DNA of 64,000 bases, from contig OZ240215.1 in assembly GCA_965197585.1 (NCBI GenBank), forward strand, positions 1,664,001-1,728,000, written 5' to 3'. Each line of letters starts with the position of its first letter. Position 1 is the first letter of the stretch. The notes under the pieces are model-generated. The model searched no databases, had not been told where the DNA came from, and saw only the letters and a list, made by a program, of their open reading frames with translations. Shown here in pieces: positions 39,903-50,356 of the stretch. Position numbers and translations under genes: made by a program. Origin of the DNA: Dehalococcoidia bacterium. Lineage in GTDB: Bacteria; Chloroflexota; Dehalococcoidia; Plut-88900.

Positions 39903-41111
39903 TTAGATTACGCCTGCGGTCTTCAATTCTTCGAACTTGGTCCCGTTTATTCCCAAAATCTCGTTTAGCACTTCCGCTGTATGCTGGCCCAGCAGCGGCG
40001 CAGGCTCCATCTCAAAAGACGAATGCGCCAGCTTTATCGGATCGGCGATGATCTTGAACTTGCCCCGCTGAGGGTGGTCCATGTCCACAATCATCCCCCG
40101 CTCGATAAGGTGTTTGTCCGTATGGATGTCCTCCGCATTGAGCATTGCTCCACACGGAATACCGGCCCCGCCTATCTTCTCCATCACCTCGTACTTCGTG
40201 TATTGCATCGTCCACTCTTCGACAAGCATGTTGACTTCCAGGCCGTTCTCGCGTCGGGCCTGGCTGGTGCTATACCTCGGGTCTCCGATCAAGTCATCCC
40301 GACCCATTACCTTCAGCAACTTGGGCCACATGCTGTCCCCGATAACCGAGCTAACATATATAAAAGCGTAGTCGTCGAAACCACCGGGCGCACACCGGAA
40401 TATGTCACCCGGAAACACGCCTGCCGTCGTTGTCCCCCGACGGTCGGGAGCCTTGCCGGTCATGTTATATGTCATCATCATCACCCGGCCCAGGTTCACC
40501 ACCGCATCCTGCATCGAGACTTCCAGTTCCTGTCCGACCCCCGTGACCTGCCTCTGCCACAGTGCCGCCATAATCCCCAGCGCCGCGTGGTAACCAGTCC
40601 CGATATCGCCAGCAGTTATACCCATCAGCGTAGGAGACCCACCCGGGTGCCCGGTCATCGCCGCCGCCCCGCCGACCATCTGCGCTATCATGTCGAAGCT
40701 CTTGAACCCGCTGTACGGCCCGTAAGTCCCGAACCCCTTCACCCGAGTCAGAATTATCTTCGGGTTGACCTCCGACAGCACGTCGAAAGTAAGTCCTAAC
40801 CGTTCCAAGGTTCCGGGGCCAAGGTTCTCGACAACTATGTCCGCTTTCCGAACGAGGTCAAGAAATATCTTCTTGCCCTCTTCGGTCTTTACATTCAGGG
40901 TCAGGCTGCGCTTGTTCGCATTCAGTAGAAGAAAATAGTAGCTGTCCAGACCGGGCACGTCCGCCGAGGCCCGCCTCCCCGGATCGCCCTTCCCCGGCGC
41001 CTCCACTTTTATGACGTCGGCGCCCAGCCACGCTAAGGCCTGGGTGCAAGTAGTACCTGCCTCGAACTGGGTTAGGTCTATTATCCTGATACCTTCGAGA
41101 GCCTTCGCCAT
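39903..41111 (-). CDS. CoA-transferase family III (CaiB/Frc-like)
   Basis: DLTQFEAG..CTQ.LAWLGADVIKVE, NANKRS, ENLGPG, GDIGTG, APLLGQHT. Confidence 0.92.
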   Translation of the reverse strand: MAKALEGIRIIDLTQFEAGTTCTQALAWLGADVIKVEAPGKGDPGRRASADVPGLDSYYFLLLNANKRSLTLNVKTEEGKKIFLDLVRKADIVVENLGPGTLERLGLTFDVLSEVNPKIILTRVKGFGTYGPYSGFKSFDMIAQMVGGAAAMTGHPGGSPTLMGITAGDIGTGYHAALGIMAALWQRQVTGVGQELEVSMQDAVVNLGRVMMMTYNMTGKAPDRRGTTTAGVFPGDIFRCAPGGFDDYAFIYVSSVIGDSMWPKLLKVMGRDDLIGDPRYSTSQARRENGLEVNMLVEEWTMQYTKYEVMEKIGGAGIPCGAMLNAEDIHTDKHLIERGMIVDMDHPQRGKFKIIADPIKLAHSSFEMEPAPLLGQHTAEVLNEILGINGTKFEELKTAGVI

Positions 41112-41295
41112 ACGCCCTCCCGATATTCGCCTACTACTGCACTAAATAATATCACACCCCTCCTATTCAACCGACAAGAACATGCAAAAACATCATTCCC
41201 GACTTTGATATGTTCTTTTTTAATGGGGTGTGGCTATTCCGTTCGCCCTGAGCGGAGTCGAAGGGTCTCAAGAACGGAATGGTAGTAAGGGGCTC

Positions 41296-41754
41296 TCACG
41301 AGTTCCTTGCAGGAAGCTTCACCACTGCCTTCCCGCTCTTCAACACCCGAGTCCCGTGCTGGTTCTCGATCCACAGCTCGCACTCCACCACCCCACCCTC
41401 ACCCTTCCCCGACACCTTGCCCTTACAAGTCAGCGTGTCTCCCGGAAACACAAAGTCTCCGTACCTGAACGAAAGCCGCTTTAAAGTCCCCCCGATGCCC
41501 GCCCAGTCCGTAACATGCTGAGCCAAGTACCCGCCCATCTGTTGCCCGTCCAGGAACTGCGTCCTCATCCCCTTCCCGTTCGCATATTCCATGTCGTGGT
41601 GATAGCGATGAAAGTCCCATGTTGACGCCGCATACATCACCATGCTGACAGTCGTTATCTCCTTAACCAACGCCGGAATCTCCTCCCCAACTTCCACATC
41701 CTCAAAATAAACCCCAGATTCCCTCGCATTCACGACTTCTAATCCGTCAGACAT
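41296..41754 (-). CDS. MaoC-like hotdog dehydratase
   Basis: YFEDVEVGEEIP, YAASTWDFHRYHHD, VFPGDTLTC.G.V. Confidence 0.85.
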   Translation of the reverse strand: MSDGLEVVNARESGVYFEDVEVGEEIPALVKEITTVSMVMYAASTWDFHRYHHDMEYANGKGMRTQFLDGQQMGGYLAQHVTDWAGIGGTLKRLSFRYGDFVFPGDTLTCKGKVSGKGEGGVVECELWIENQHGTRVLKSGKAVVKLPARNS

Positions 41755-41833
41755 CCGACTCTCACTCTCTACCTGATCCTTGTTTAAACCAAGTCAGCGA
41801 GTTGGGAGAAATGTTGATCCCTGATCCCTTGAC

Positions 41834-41990
41834 GGGACTTTTATGTAGCTCCATTGCCTCGGGGTGAGGCCGCTCGTGCTGAGGCTCTCGAAGTATGAGC
41901 GGGGAGGGGCACAGGCCCATCCGTGCGGCAGGATGGGCGTGGCCACCAGCATTGCAAATGACCTTCGAAGGGCCGTTATACACGGGTGCC
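41834..41990 (+). mobile_element. Degenerate MITE copy
   Basis: ccc-ttgac|gggacttttatgtagc left end, internal gtgCTGAG/TCGAAGtat hairpin, eroded right end. Confidence 0.45.
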
Positions 41991-41999
41991 TCTCTCTCC

Positions 42000-42488
42000 C
42001 TACCCCTCCCTAAATATCATCGTCTCGTGATTCACTGCCAACAGCGCGTCCCGCTGGTTCGTATATGTTATGTCGTATTCCAGGAGATACAGCGTCCCCG
42101 ACCGGCCCTGCTTTTCACGCACATTTGTCACCTTCCAGTGAGCCGTGAGCACGTCCTCGGGGCGCATTGGTTGGAAGAACTCGTAGTCGTTCGCCGCCCG
42201 TATCTCCATCCCGACAGGCAGCCCGAACCGCCCCGCCGCCCCACCCGTTTCGTCCACCTCTCCCACCATATACTGCAAGGTCTCACACACAAGGGTGGGC
42301 GGAGCGATAATCCCGTCATGCCGTGTCCCCGACGCATATTCCTCGTCATAGTACAGAGGGTTCATGTCCCCTTGCGCCTGCGCGAAAGAACGTATCCCAG
42401 ACCTGCCGATCTCGTCGGGAGAGGTAATCTTCATCTCCCTGCCGACCATCTTCTTAAGTTCGGACAGGACCGGGCTTTCGGCGGTCAA
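42000..42488 (-). CDS. MaoC N-terminal / FAS1-like dehydratase
   Basis: IRSFAQAQGDMNPLYYDEEYA, IAPPT, YEFFQPMRPED. Confidence 0.85.
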   Translation of the reverse strand: MTAESPVLSELKKMVGREMKITSPDEIGRSGIRSFAQAQGDMNPLYYDEEYASGTRHDGIIAPPTLVCETLQYMVGEVDETGGAAGRFGLPVGMEIRAANDYEFFQPMRPEDVLTAHWKVTNVREKQGRSGTLYLLEYDITYTNQRDALLAVNHETMIFREG

Positions 42489-42590
42489 TACAGTGCCTCC
42501 CTGAACCCCGCGAGTATATCACCACACCCCGATTGCCCTCCCCCTTGCCCCGTGTTACCTTGCACTCACACCCCTGCTGCGGAGGCTCAC

Positions 42591-43928
42591 ATGAGCGATT
42601 ACCTGGACAAGCTGTCCCAATTCGTCTCCGAGACCACCTACGATGCCCTCTCCCCCGACGCCCGAGCCGCCGCCAAGGACGTCATTATGGACACCTTGGG
42701 CGCAATGGTTGCAGGCAGTCGGCTCCCCGAGAATCGCGCCCTAGCCCAACTCGCCTCCGAGCGTTCCCACCCCGCCGTTGCCACCCTGCTGGGACACGAC
42801 CTGAAGGCCGAGCCCATGTTCGCTGCCCTATCCAATTCCGCCGCCGGTGTCGCCCTGGAGATGGACGAAGGCAACCGCTTCGGGGGTGGACATCCCGCAA
42901 TCCACTCCATTCCTGGAGCCCTGGCCGTGGCGGAAGAGAAGGCAGTCGACGGCAAAAGGTTCATCGAGAGCGTAGTAGTCGGCTACGAAATCGAGTCCCG
43001 TTTCGGCGGCGCTACCAAGCCCCGGGACAACGTCCACTCCCATGGGCACTGGGGTGCCGTAGGCACGGGTGCCGCCATTGCCAAGCTCCGTGGCTACGCT
43101 CCCGACCAAGTGCGGGCCGTCATCAACCTCGCCGCCTCCATGAGCCCCGCGAATACCTGGACTACCGCCTTCCGTGGCGCGACTATCCGCAATCTCTACC
43201 CCGCCCGATCCGGCTTCCAGGGCATTCTCGCCGCCCACCTCTATGCGTGCGGCTTCACCGGCCTCGACGATGCCCCCTCCGACGTTTTTGGCACCATCAT
43301 CGGCGATTCCTTCAGCCCTGAGGCCGCCGTCCATGGCCTCGGCGGTGAGTTGCGAATCCAGCAGAACTACTTCAAGTTCCACGCCTGCTGCCGCATCAAC
43401 CACGCCTCCATTGAGGCAGTCCTGGACGCCCGAGCACACAATGGCCTGGATCCCGACGCCATAGAGCGCATAGACCTGCGCGTCCATAGAATGCTTGATG
43501 GTATGCTCGGCCCCTACCCCAACAACGTCCTCGCCTCCAAGTTCCATGTCCCCTACGCCATTGCCGTAACCCTCGTCGAGAACAAGACCGACACCACCGT
43601 CTTCCACCCCGATGTAATCTCCAAACCCCGCATCAAGGACTTTGCATCCAGGGTAAACGTGAAGATGGACCCCGTATTAGCCACCGCTGGAGACGCTGGC
43701 CCCTTGGCCCAGGCATCCATCCTCCTGAAAGACGGCAGCACCGTCCACGGCGAGACCGGCACTCTCTGGGGAGATTACGGCAACCGAGCCCCTCGCTCCC
43801 AGCTCCTCGACAAAATCCACTTCCTCTGCGACGACATCTTGGGCGCGGACAGCGTGAACCGGCTGGTCGACTGCACCGAGAAATTGGACGAAGTATCGGA
43901 CGTCCGACAGCTTACCGCTCTGGCCTAG
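42591..43928 (+). CDS. MmgE/PrpD-family protein
   Basis: DTLGAMVAG, ALEMDEGN...GGHP, K.HACCRINH, SKFHVPY; RBS GGAGG before ATG 42591. Confidence 0.9.
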   Translation: MSDYLDKLSQFVSETTYDALSPDARAAAKDVIMDTLGAMVAGSRLPENRALAQLASERSHPAVATLLGHDLKAEPMFAALSNSAAGVALEMDEGNRFGGGHPAIHSIPGALAVAEEKAVDGKRFIESVVVGYEIESRFGGATKPRDNVHSHGHWGAVGTGAAIAKLRGYAPDQVRAVINLAASMSPANTWTTAFRGATIRNLYPARSGFQGILAAHLYACGFTGLDDAPSDVFGTIIGDSFSPEAAVHGLGGELRIQQNYFKFHACCRINHASIEAVLDARAHNGLDPDAIERIDLRVHRMLDGMLGPYPNNVLASKFHVPYAIAVTLVENKTDTTVFHPDVISKPRIKDFASRVNVKMDPVLATAGDAGPLAQASILLKDGSTVHGETGTLWGDYGNRAPRSQLLDKIHFLCDDILGADSVNRLVDCTEKLDEVSDVRQLTALA

Positions 43929-45538
43929 AAGGGCGCAGGCATCGGCCCTAGCGGCACCTCGATTAGCACAGGGCTGTCCAGTTCGATGGCCTTGTTGAGC
44001 GCCAAGCCCAGCTCTTCCGGCGACTCTGCCTTAATCCCCACCACCCCATAAGCCTCCGCCAGCTTCACAAAGTCCGGGTTCTTCAACTCGGAGCCAATTG
44101 TCCTGCCGTTGAACATCTCTTTCTGATCCCGCAGCACGTTCCCGAACGCTCCGTCATTGAACACGATGCCGATTACGTTAATCTCGTACTGCGCCGCCGT
44201 AGCCAGTTCCTGCGAGTTGTATAGGAATCCCCCATCTCCGCACGGAGACACGACCACCTTATCCGGCTGCGCCACCTTCGCCCCGAGAGCCGTCGGGTAA
44301 GCAAACCCCAGGTTCCCCGCATACGACGACGTGAAGTACGTCCGCGACTCATAAGCCTGGTAGTAGGCCCTTGAGTAATATCCGACCTGCGTCATGTCCG
44401 GCACAAGAATCCCGTCCTCCGGAATGCACTCTCTGATCGTCCGCACAAACCCACCCAGGGGCTCGACTTGGTTCGACGGATCATAGCGCTGGGCTCTGAG
44501 CGTCTCGCATTCCTCCCTCCGAGAGTCCGCCGGAGGCCCCACCTCCCGACACCCCTCCAGAATTCTTCGTAGAGCAAGTTTAGCGTCTCCGGCCACACCT
44601 ACGGTGTCGGTATGGTTACGCCCTATCTCCTGCTCATCGATGTCTATCTGCACCACCTTCTGCCCTTCCAGCGCCTCCACCCCCGCAAATCTCGTCCCTA
44701 CCGCCAGGATCACGTCCCTCTCCCAGAAATACAACCGCAATGCGTCCCGGGTCTGCCCCGTAGAACGCCCCCTCGTGACCCCTATCGAAAGAGGGTGCTT
44801 GTCAGAGATAGCCCCTTTGCCCTCCGGCGTCGTGATAACTGGCGCTTGCAAGTATTCAGCCAACGCCAGCAACTCATCACTCGCCTCCGAGGAGTGGACC
44901 CCACCCCCCGCCCAGATCACCGGCCTCTCCGCCTCCATCAATACCGCTACCGCATCCTCCACCTCGTCCTTTGTCGGCGCCGACTCAGCTTTCTTGGCGG
45001 AGCCGCACAGGTCTATATCTGCCACCTCAGCCAGCGTCTCAGGCGGTATCTCGATCTCCACCGGGCGCGGTCGACCGTTACGCAACTGCCTGAACGCCTC
45101 CTGAACTGTCCCTGGCACTTCCATCGCGTTGAGAATTCGGGCATTCCACTTCGTGACGGGGTCTATCACATCGATCTGATCGTTGACCTCGTGCAGTATT
45201 CCCACGTCCCGACCTATGTTCTTCTTGTTTATCTGCCCTGAGATCAGAAGCACCGGCGAAGAGCACGCATATGCGTTCCCCAGCCCCGCCCCCGCGTTCT
45301 GGAGCCCGGGCCCCGGAACTACCATCGCCGTCCCGATCTGTCCCCCGGCTCTTGCGTATCCGTCTGCCATATACGTCGTCGCCTGCTCGTGCCGAGTCGT
45401 GATGAAGCGGATATCCGGCATGTCGTACAGCGCATCCATCGCGTGGTACAGCTGCACCCCCGGCAACCCGAAGATTACCCGCACACCCTCGTTATAAATC
45501 GAGCGGATCAGTGCCTGTCCGCCCGTCATCTCTGCCAT
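43925..45538 (-). CDS. Thiamine-diphosphate-dependent enzyme (acetolactate synthase-like)
   Basis: FGLPGVQ, RHEQ...YMADGYAR, VPGPG, GDGGF...N (TPP motif). Confidence 0.9.
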   Translation of the reverse strand: MAEMTGGQALIRSIYNEGVRVIFGLPGVQLYHAMDALYDMPDIRFITTRHEQATTYMADGYARAGGQIGTAMVVPGPGLQNAGAGLGNAYACSSPVLLISGQINKKNIGRDVGILHEVNDQIDVIDPVTKWNARILNAMEVPGTVQEAFRQLRNGRPRPVEIEIPPETLAEVADIDLCGSAKKAESAPTKDEVEDAVAVLMEAERPVIWAGGGVHSSEASDELLALAEYLQAPVITTPEGKGAISDKHPLSIGVTRGRSTGQTRDALRLYFWERDVILAVGTRFAGVEALEGQKVVQIDIDEQEIGRNHTDTVGVAGDAKLALRRILEGCREVGPPADSRREECETLRAQRYDPSNQVEPLGGFVRTIRECIPEDGILVPDMTQVGYYSRAYYQAYESRTYFTSSYAGNLGFAYPTALGAKVAQPDKVVVSPCGDGGFLYNSQELATAAQYEINVIGIVFNDGAFGNVLRDQKEMFNGRTIGSELKNPDFVKLAEAYGVVGIKAESPEELGLALNKAIELDSPVLIEVPLGPMPAPF

Positions 45539-45586
45539 TCGGTTTCTCCTGTTCAGTCCGTAATTTTCATGTTTGAAGCCCACCCC

Positions 45587-46744
45587 TCACCCCACCCCCT
45601 GCCTCGGAGCCAGGTTATACAACCTGGCACAGTTCTCCCACAACACCTTCCTCTTCGTCTCTTCACTCACTTTGTCATATTTCAGGAATGAATCCACCGC
45701 ATGTGGATAGCTGGAGTCGGTATGCGGATAATCGGTGGACAATACCACGTTGTCGTCTCCAATCGAATCCACAAGGTAGTGTAGCAGCTCACCGTCCGTC
45801 TCCGTCGATACATAGCACTGCCGCACGAAATACTCACTCGGCTTCATGTCCAGCTGGACTTCCTGGCTGTCACCGTAGGTCTCCCACTGATCATCTAGCC
45901 GATACAGTACCCACGGGACCCACGAGCAGTTCCCCTCCAGAAACGCCATCCTGAGCCGAGGGAATCTGTGCAACAACCCGCCTGCCGTGACACATCCTAT
46001 CGATAACATCAGGGGTATGGGAAACGAGAACGCGTGCACCAGCACCAGGTTGTTGGGATGGTCCCGAAACCAGTTGCCCGGATTTTTGGCCGCAAACCCC
46101 TGCGACGTGTCGTGAAATGTGACTGGGATATCCATCTCTTGCAGGGCGTCCCATAGCGGGTCGCATTCCATATCGTGCACCATCCGGTTATCGACCACCG
46201 TCGGCAGCAGAGTCACCGCTGCCATTCCCAACTCCCTGATGCACCTCCCCGCCTCCTCCACCGCCGCCGAGATATCTGTCAATGCCAGGATCCCCGACCC
46301 CTTCAACCGCGCCTCGTCCACCGACGCGAACTCATGTAGCCAGTTGTTGAACGCCCGACACACAGCGAAGGTGTAACCGGGGTCCTGCCCATCCACCTGT
46401 ATCGCCATTTGTGCAAACGTCCGAAACAGGATCGCTACGTCGATCCCTTCCACGTCCATCGCCCTGAGCGTTAGCGCAGCCGTATACCCGTGCTTCAGTT
46501 CCTCGGCGTACACCTCCGACTTCCGGTCGTCGAGGCGCTTCCGGGAGACCATCTCTTTCTTGGTCCACTCCTCGGACACCGGGGCATCGGTCTTCACCAC
46601 GAAGTCCTTGTGTCCGCTTTCAGGACGAGACATCCACACCGGCGCCGCCTCCCGATACCTCGGTTCGAGGTATCGCTCGTACATGTCGGGCGGCTCCATA
46701 ACGTGGAGGTCGCTGTCGGCTACAAGGAATCCGTTTTTAGACAT
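45587..46744 (-). CDS. Amidohydrolase_2 family protein
   Basis: DSDLHVMEP, AFNNW, FLEG...W, STDYPH. Confidence 0.88.
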   Translation of the reverse strand: MSKNGFLVADSDLHVMEPPDMYERYLEPRYREAAPVWMSRPESGHKDFVVKTDAPVSEEWTKKEMVSRKRLDDRKSEVYAEELKHGYTAALTLRAMDVEGIDVAILFRTFAQMAIQVDGQDPGYTFAVCRAFNNWLHEFASVDEARLKGSGILALTDISAAVEEAGRCIRELGMAAVTLLPTVVDNRMVHDMECDPLWDALQEMDIPVTFHDTSQGFAAKNPGNWFRDHPNNLVLVHAFSFPIPLMLSIGCVTAGGLLHRFPRLRMAFLEGNCSWVPWVLYRLDDQWETYGDSQEVQLDMKPSEYFVRQCYVSTETDGELLHYLVDSIGDDNVVLSTDYPHTDSSYPHAVDSFLKYDKVSEETKRKVLWENCARLYNLAPRQGVG

Positions 46745-46831
46745 TGTGTAATGCAGGCCCGTGCCCCAGGCCGGGAGACCCGTGCAAGCACGAGTCTCCG
46801 GCTTAGGCTCGGTAGTTCAGTTGAGACCCGG

Positions 46832-48061
46832 CTAGCTGCCGAGAATCTGCGAAGGAATAGACTTCTTAGGGTCCACGAACGGGATCGGGACGATTGCAGC
46901 GTCCACGGGCCCATCATCCGGGAGCACCGCCTTCAGCTTAGTCCCCTCCGCCGTCATGTCTATCGGCATCATCGCCAGCGCTATGTTGCAGTCTAGCCTC
47001 GGCGAGAAGAATGCGCTCGTGACATACCCTACATCGTTCTCCCCCGACTCATCTTTCACTATGAAGTAGTCCGGGTTGTACCAGGTTATCGGCGTGCCGC
47101 CCATCGCCAGGCCCACCATCCTCTGCTCTATCCCATCTTCCTTGATCTTAACCAGCGCTTCTTTGCCGATGTACCCTTCTTTGTTGAAGTCCACCTGCCA
47201 GTCCAGGTTCACCTCGAACGGGTTTGTCTCGATGTCCATGTCCTGGCCGTAGGACAGGATGGCGGCTTCCAGCCTGCGCACGTGGCTCGGAGCGATAACG
47301 TGCAGTTCGAACTCCTCGCCCGCCGCAAGGACCGTGTTCCACATCTCGTCCGAATTGTCCACGGCGTCGTGCAGGTAGATTTCAAACCCCACCTCCGCCG
47401 AGAACCCCGTCCTCGAGATGTCCACCCGAAGCCCGTTCAGGTCTGTCTGCCAGATCGTGTAGTACTTCATGTCCATGATCCCGTCACCGAACAGCTTCCT
47501 CATCAGCTGTACCGACTTCGGGCCCTGTATCTGCACCGGCGAGATGTCGACCTCGCTGATGTCCACGTTAAACTCGCCCTTGTAGTTGACCCCCTGGCAC
47601 CATAGCAGCACGTCAGAGTCCGAGATGCTGAACCGGAACTCGTCCTCAGCCGTCCTCAGCAACACCGGGTCGTTGATGATCCCGCCATTCTGGTTGCACA
47701 AGATCACATAGCGGGCCTTGTTCACCGGCAATTTCTTGTAAACGTCCCTCGTGATCACCCGGTCCACAAACGCTGCGGCGTCCGGCCCCTTCACCTGGAT
47801 CTGCCTCTCCACTGCCACGTCCCACATCGTCACGTGCTTGGTGATGTACTCGTACTCCTTCATCAACCCGCCGTCCTCGGGCTTCACGTACGCCCGAGGG
47901 TGGTAGGTGTGGTTATACGTCGCAAAAGCCCATGCGCCTGCCTTCACCGCCAGGTGCCAGTACGGGCCCTTGCGCAACCGGGTAGTGATCTTGATTTTCG
48001 CATCCACGTCGCCGCTCTGCCTCATGTTCAGGGGCAAGGAACGCTTCTTCAATCGCAGCAT
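46832..48061 (-). CDS. GcvT-family aminomethyltransferase/demethylase (DmdA-like)
   Basis: YNH..HP, WDVAVERQIQVKGPDA, GGIINDPVLLR, SRTGFSAEVGFEIY, RRLEAAILSYGQD. Confidence 0.85.
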   Translation of the reverse strand: MLRLKKRSLPLNMRQSGDVDAKIKITTRLRKGPYWHLAVKAGAWAFATYNHTYHPRAYVKPEDGGLMKEYEYITKHVTMWDVAVERQIQVKGPDAAAFVDRVITRDVYKKLPVNKARYVILCNQNGGIINDPVLLRTAEDEFRFSISDSDVLLWCQGVNYKGEFNVDISEVDISPVQIQGPKSVQLMRKLFGDGIMDMKYYTIWQTDLNGLRVDISRTGFSAEVGFEIYLHDAVDNSDEMWNTVLAAGEEFELHVIAPSHVRRLEAAILSYGQDMDIETNPFEVNLDWQVDFNKEGYIGKEALVKIKEDGIEQRMVGLAMGGTPITWYNPDYFIVKDESGENDVGYVTSAFFSPRLDCNIALAMMPIDMTAEGTKLKAVLPDDGPVDAAIVPIPFVDPKKSIPSQILGS

Positions 48062-48121
48062 TAAACCAGCCCTCCCGGTCTCACTTGACCGTAGAATGTC
48101 CGGCCGCTCGGGCGCCGGCCC

Positions 48122-49288
48122 TTAGTTGAGGAACCCGTACAGCTTCCCGGCATTTTCATAGACCAGCTTGTGTCTCATCTCTGCGTCAAGCTTTCCAAGG
48201 TTACGCTCTATCGTTTCCATCGAGTCCGGCCACACGCTGTCAGCGTGCGGGTAGTCCGACCCCCACAGCACGTTCCCCGTCCCAACCGATTCTATGACAT
48301 CCGCGGTAAGGGGCTCATCCTGGAACGTCGAGTACCCGTGCTGTCTCCAAAGCTCGCTGGGCATGGCGCTCAGACCAAGCTGGAACAGCCGGTCTTCGTA
48401 CTCCACGTCTATTCGATGAATCACGTAGGGCAGCCATCCTATCCCGCATTCACCAAGAACGAATTTGAAGTTCGGGAACAAGTCGCATGCCCCCGACAAC
48501 AGCACGCTCGTCATGAACTCCGGCCCCGAGAGTTGGAACAACGTGTACATCAGGCCAAGGGAGATCGTTTCGTACCGTTCGCTCGCCCCCGACTCCGGCT
48601 GACGGTAGTTCAACCCGACAGTGTGAAAAGAGATTGGCATGTTGCATTCGCCCGCCGTCTCCCACAACTCGTTCCATTCTTCCTGGTAGATCGGCGACGA
48701 CGCACTGGACACGTTCATCTCCGCGCCCTTCAACCCGAGGTCCGCGGCCCGTTTCAACTGCGCGGCAGCAATCGAAGGACTGTGGCTCGATATACAGGCC
48801 AGCGCCGCTAGCCTGTCGGGGGCAGCCTTGCAAAAATCGGCAGCCCATCGATTGTAAATGTCATAGACACAGGTTAGAGCCTCCGGGCTCGATAGCCCGC
48901 CTTCTGCATCGGAAAATCCGGTGGATACCCCCAGAATTCCGTATATCACCTCGGCCATGATCCCGTCGGCGTCCTGGTCCTTGAGCCTCAGCTCCGGCGT
49001 GCTGGGATGGAACTTACCCGCATCCGCATCCGAGAAAAACCCCATCTCCTCCATCCGGTCGAGCCGCTTCGACTTCCCCGGCTGGTACGGCTCGTAGGAG
49101 CCCGTCAGCGCCCCCGCCGCCACAAACCCAAAGCTCGTATTCTCAGCCTTCCAGATGCGTCCCTCGGCGGTCTCCACCACCCTGGGCATCTTGTCCTTCA
49201 GGGAATCCGGCGCATTGGACACGAACAGGTCCTCCGGTAGCCACACTATGTCCATATGGGTGTCGGCAGAAATAACCGTCTGCTCCAC
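48122..49288 (-). CDS. Amidohydrolase_2 family protein
   Basis: ISADTH, RLKDQDADGIMAEVIY, GECGIGW, WGSDYPH; GTG start with GGAG RBS. Confidence 0.88.
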   Translation of the reverse strand: MEQTVISADTHMDIVWLPEDLFVSNAPDSLKDKMPRVVETAEGRIWKAENTSFGFVAAGALTGSYEPYQPGKSKRLDRMEEMGFFSDADAGKFHPSTPELRLKDQDADGIMAEVIYGILGVSTGFSDAEGGLSSPEALTCVYDIYNRWAADFCKAAPDRLAALACISSHSPSIAAAQLKRAADLGLKGAEMNVSSASSPIYQEEWNELWETAGECNMPISFHTVGLNYRQPESGASERYETISLGLMYTLFQLSGPEFMTSVLLSGACDLFPNFKFVLGECGIGWLPYVIHRIDVEYEDRLFQLGLSAMPSELWRQHGYSTFQDEPLTADVIESVGTGNVLWGSDYPHADSVWPDSMETIERNLGKLDAEMRHKLVYENAGKLYGFLN

Positions 49289-49547
49289 GACTGTACCCTC
49301 CTCTCCATCAGAGGTAAATTGTCCAAGACCCCGGGGCCCGACTCGACTTCTCAATTGCCCCGACTATCAGCCCTGCGCCGACAGTCGGCATATTGTATTC
49401 CCTACATTCAATTAAAGAAATACCTAACTCAAATCCATCACTCTGAAAAACCATTCACAACCCATGTACAGGGACTAGGGACCGCTCGTGCTGAGTCAAT
49501 CCATATATGAGCGGGGGGGGGCGAAGTCTTGTCCCCTCTCCCTCGAT

Positions 49548-49700
49548 GAGACCTTTGCATAATCCGTGCCGGAGGGGGCGGGGCCGCTCGTGCTGTCGTA
49601 GATCCGCCGAGGCGGGAGGCTCTCGAAGTATGAGCGGGGGAGGGAGGTAAGGTGATCTGGATGGCACCAATGGCTTGCTCTGCAATTACGCAAAGGTCCC
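49548..49700 (+). mobile_element. MITE, best-preserved copy (153 bp)
   Basis: TIRs GAGACCTTTGCATAA / TTACGCAAAGGTCCC; flanks tcgat/tcgac equal the loop of the CCCTCTCCC palindrome; internal hairpin. Confidence 0.8.
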
Positions 49701-49785
49701 TCGACGGGCCGTAGGTTCGCCTTTGGCGTAAGAGGTCTAGGGCCATAGACTCGCTGAGGCGAGTGAGCGTGAAATCCCCACCCTC

Positions 49786-50259
49786 TCAAACTGTAGTCGC
49801 GTCCGGAGGCTGCGGCTCCCGCTCAATCAACTCCAGCATGTTCCCATCCGGGTCGTACACGTAGCAGACCTTCCCCGCCCACGGGTACACTGCGCCGGGC
49901 CGCAGGGCTGGAGGATTCACGAACTCCATCCCCCGCCCCGACAGCTCCTCATAAAACGCATCCACGTCGTCGACTATTATTCCTAAATGTGCTGTGCCCA
50001 CCCGATTCCTGGGAGGCGTCGACCCCGCAATCACCGACGGTTCCAGGAAATGCACAAGCTCGACTGCGTGCCGTAAATCATTCCCCAGATAAACGACATG
50101 CACCTTGGCGTTCTCAAACCCGGTCAGCTGCGTAACAATGTCCCCTTCCAGGACCATATTCCGCTGTTCCCTCATCCCCAACACATCTCGATAGAATTCC
50201 AGCGCCCGCTCCATGTCCGACACCACAAACCCCGTATGATTCATCCATTCAACCTTCAC
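49786..50259 (-). CDS. VOC/glyoxalase family protein
   Basis: NHTGFVVSDMERALEFYRDVLG, HLGIIVDDVD, DPDGNMLELIE. Confidence 0.92.
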   Translation of the reverse strand: MKVEWMNHTGFVVSDMERALEFYRDVLGMREQRNMVLEGDIVTQLTGFENAKVHVVYLGNDLRHAVELVHFLEPSVIAGSTPPRNRVGTAHLGIIVDDVDAFYEELSGRGMEFVNPPALRPGAVYPWAGKVCYVYDPDGNMLELIEREPQPPDATTV

Positions 50260-50356
50260 AGATATCCCTCCAGTCCTAGTTCAATCTTAACTGCTGGCCC
50301 ATCTGTCCCCTCCCTGTGGGGGCTGCTGGTAGCCCTACCCTCCCCTCCGTCATTCC

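Noticed and set aside
41895-42590. 677-aa fusion ORF ahead of MmgE/PrpD
   Set aside because: This part is antisense to the MaoC-like gene and begins in a repeat; a good RBS precedes ATG 42591.
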